Shown here one piece after another: positions 61,764-64,000 of a stretch of 64,000 nucleotides of DNA (positions within the stretch are counted from its first letter, which is position 1; every line of letters begins with the position of its first letter). The notes below the pieces were generated by a model. The model saw only the letters and a program-made list of their open reading frames with translations. It had not been told where the DNA came from and searched no databases. Source of the DNA: Monocercomonoides exilis PA203 (taxonomy: Eukaryota > Protista > Preaxostyla); the NCBI GenBank assembly GCA_001643675.2, contig LSRY02000019.1, positions 1,364,001 to 1,428,000 of the forward strand, in the 5' to 3' direction. A program made the position numbers and the translations under genes.

Positions 61764-63779
61764 ATGCCAAAGATTAAGCAGGTTCCTTTCAAAAAAATGA
61801 AGAAGGATCCAGGATTGCCAAATCTATTAAAGCAAAAAGAGCAGTTATCAAGACAAATGGAAAATCATAAAAAAATACAACAACAACGTGATGGCTCTTA
61901 TTCTGATGAAATACATTTTGGAGAAAAACATAAAGGAAAGACTTTAAATTATAATATCATTGCAAAAGATGCAAAAAAGAAGCAAAGTTTGTATCATGAT
62001 AAAATGCGCGAAGGAGTTCTGAAGGATTTAGCAGAAAATACGGAAAAAGTTTCATCAAAAGGTTTATTTACTTTTTGTTTTTTGAAATCTTGCATCAACG
62101 AAAATGAATTTACTCAGCGGTACAAATTAATAGAAGACAATTTTTTTCGATGCTTAACAAGGTTGTAGATGCATCTGATATAATTTTGGAAGTTATTGAT
62201 GCAAGAGATCCTTCTGGAACTCGTTGCTCGACTCTGGAGCGATCTGCTTTGGCAAAAGGAAAACAAGTGGTGATTGTTTTAAATAAAATAGGTAAACTTA
62301 ATTTTATACACATGCTTTCTTCAGTCTTTTTTGATGGAATAAACTGGTAAAATTTATTTAGATCTTGTGCCGAGAGATGTTGTGGATGGATGGGTTACTT
62401 ATCTTAATCAATTTTTTCCAACGGTTGCATTCAAGGCAGTCGTTAGTTCATCTGCAACTGGGATTATCCAGTACTCGTCTCCGACTGGGCCTGCGTCTGT
62501 CGAGGTCGAGAATGATGGGTCAATAACTGCTGTTCAATCAAGTGCATATACTACGACAACTTCAGAAATAACTTCTGCAATAAGAATTTCTCATGGAGGT
62601 TTTTATTCTTTGAAAAAGATTTTTTTTTCAATATTTCGATATGCTTATGTAATCACAGAAATTTGGAAATTTCTAAATATATAATTTCTTGTTTAATAGT
62701 CTTAATGCAAATGATGTATTCTTTTTTCACTCTCTTTTGTTTTATTGTTTATTGTTTATTTTTTCTTTTCTTTTCTTTCTCATTTTTATTCCTTATTTTT
62801 CTTTCTTTCTCTCTTTTTTTTGTAAATAATTCACCAAATCTGAATTCACTCCAACAACATCATTCAACCAGACACGTATGGAGGTGATCAGCTGATGCGT
62901 GTATGCAAATCACTTTCTGTGTCTTCGAAGGGGCATGCAATGAAGACGACAGTGGGTGTGGTGGGTTACCCCAACGTGGGAAAGTCCTCGTTGATCAACT
63001 CGCTGAAGCGCCGCCACGCTGTGCAGACCTCGTCGCACGCTGGCTGCACACGCGGCCTTCAGACGGTGGAGATTGAGACAAAGCTGTCGGTGATCGACTC
63101 GCCTGGCGTCGTTATGGACTGGACAGACGAGGCCAACGCGGTGCTGCGGGCAGCGATGCGCGTGGAGGATGTGAAGGACCCACACTCAGCTGTCCTTTCG
63201 CTGGTTATTCGCTCTGACATCAACGTGCTGCTGTCTCTGTACTCGCTGGACCCTACTGCTTTTGCCAAAGTCATCCCTCCTCGCGAGCCTGGTGCTGGCT
63301 TCTCTTCTTCGACTTCTCCTTCTTTTTCCTCTTCCTCTTCCGCTTTTCCTTTGTCGGACGAAGCGCTCTCTCGATACTCTCCGTTCGTTGAGGAGTTCCT
63401 GAAGGCGGTTGCGCAGCGCCATGGCAAGCTTTTGAAGAGCGGCATTCCGAACTACGACGAAGGCGCGCGGATTGTGCTCCGCGACTGGGGGGCAGGCAGA
63501 ATCCCGTTCTGGACGCCAGCCCCGCCAGCGCCGCCGAAGGCAGCTGTTGGCGGGACGGGGGCAGCGACGGTGGTGGATGAGTTTGCAGCTCCGTTTGCGA
63601 TTGAGGGCATGGGAGAGTTTTCGGGCACTGGGAAGGAAGGAGATGAAGGCAGTGAGGCGGATGGAGGGATGGGGGGCAAAGGAGATATGGATGTGGAGGA
63701 GATGGACGAAGGACACAGCAGTGGAGTTGCTGCTGCTATTCAGAGCAATGTCACAGATCCCAGTTACCATATGTGCTGA
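61764..63779 (+). CDS. GNL3: Nucleostemin/GNL3/Nug1-family circularly permuted GTPase (60S ribosome biogenesis), about 3 introns
   Basis: N-terminal KKDPGLPNL..KEQL; NKVVDASDIILEVIDARDPSGTRC; VLNKI|DLVP (G4); VAFKA (G5); VGYPNVGKSSLINSLKR (G1); GCTR (G2); DSPG (G3); ARIVLRDW..GRIPFWT.PP. Confidence 0.92.
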
Positions 63780-64000
63780 GATATTGCAGACATTTTTTAT
63801 TTACGTTCTGAAAAGGTGAATAAATTGAAAGTTGATATTTGAACGGACAATCATATTTGCGGTGATATGAAATTAAAAAATTAAGGATTTAACAAGTTTG
63901 CTAATTGTTACAAGAAAAACTTTGAATCAGTCAAAAAGAAGCTTTTATTTAAACAGTGTTCTCATTTTGTTTATTTTTGAAAAATTTGATGTGCAATCAC

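Noticed and set aside
1-64000. Alternative genetic code (TAA/TAG read as Gln, known in some oxymonads)
   Set aside because: Conserved genes end at TAA, TAG or TGA where expected, and in-frame stops are explained by introns.

Overview
AT-rich eukaryotic genomic DNA with short GT-AG introns and the standard genetic code. Gene content and style (giant intronless beta-helix/TM/pseudokinase receptors, decayed DIRS and pogo elements) resemble the oxymonad Monocercomonoides; this is recognition, not proof. Recognisable genes: a WD40 protein (WDR49-like, 5' truncated), Thg1, an SPX/SLC13 phosphate transporter, a secreted plant-type LRR protein fused to a GILT-like thiol reductase, a divergent Lag1/CerS-like TLC protein, a Schlafen (AlbA_2)-NB-ARC/STAND fusion, three giant surface proteins and a nucleostemin/Nug1-type GTPase. 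There are also pogo-like transposase remnants, a decayed DIRS retrotransposon and several MITEs. Most notable: (1) an NLR-like protein joining an apparently intact SLFNL1-type Schlafen nuclease to a prokaryote-style NB-ARC module; (2) two receptor genes sharing a near-identical ~1.1 kb TM + cytoplasmic cassette while their homologous ectodomains have diverged with opposite nucleotide skew; (3) the LRR-GILT fusion; (4) a non-canonical tRNA-like/vault-like Pol III RNA candidate inside a TIR element. Splice sites were read by eye and are approximate.
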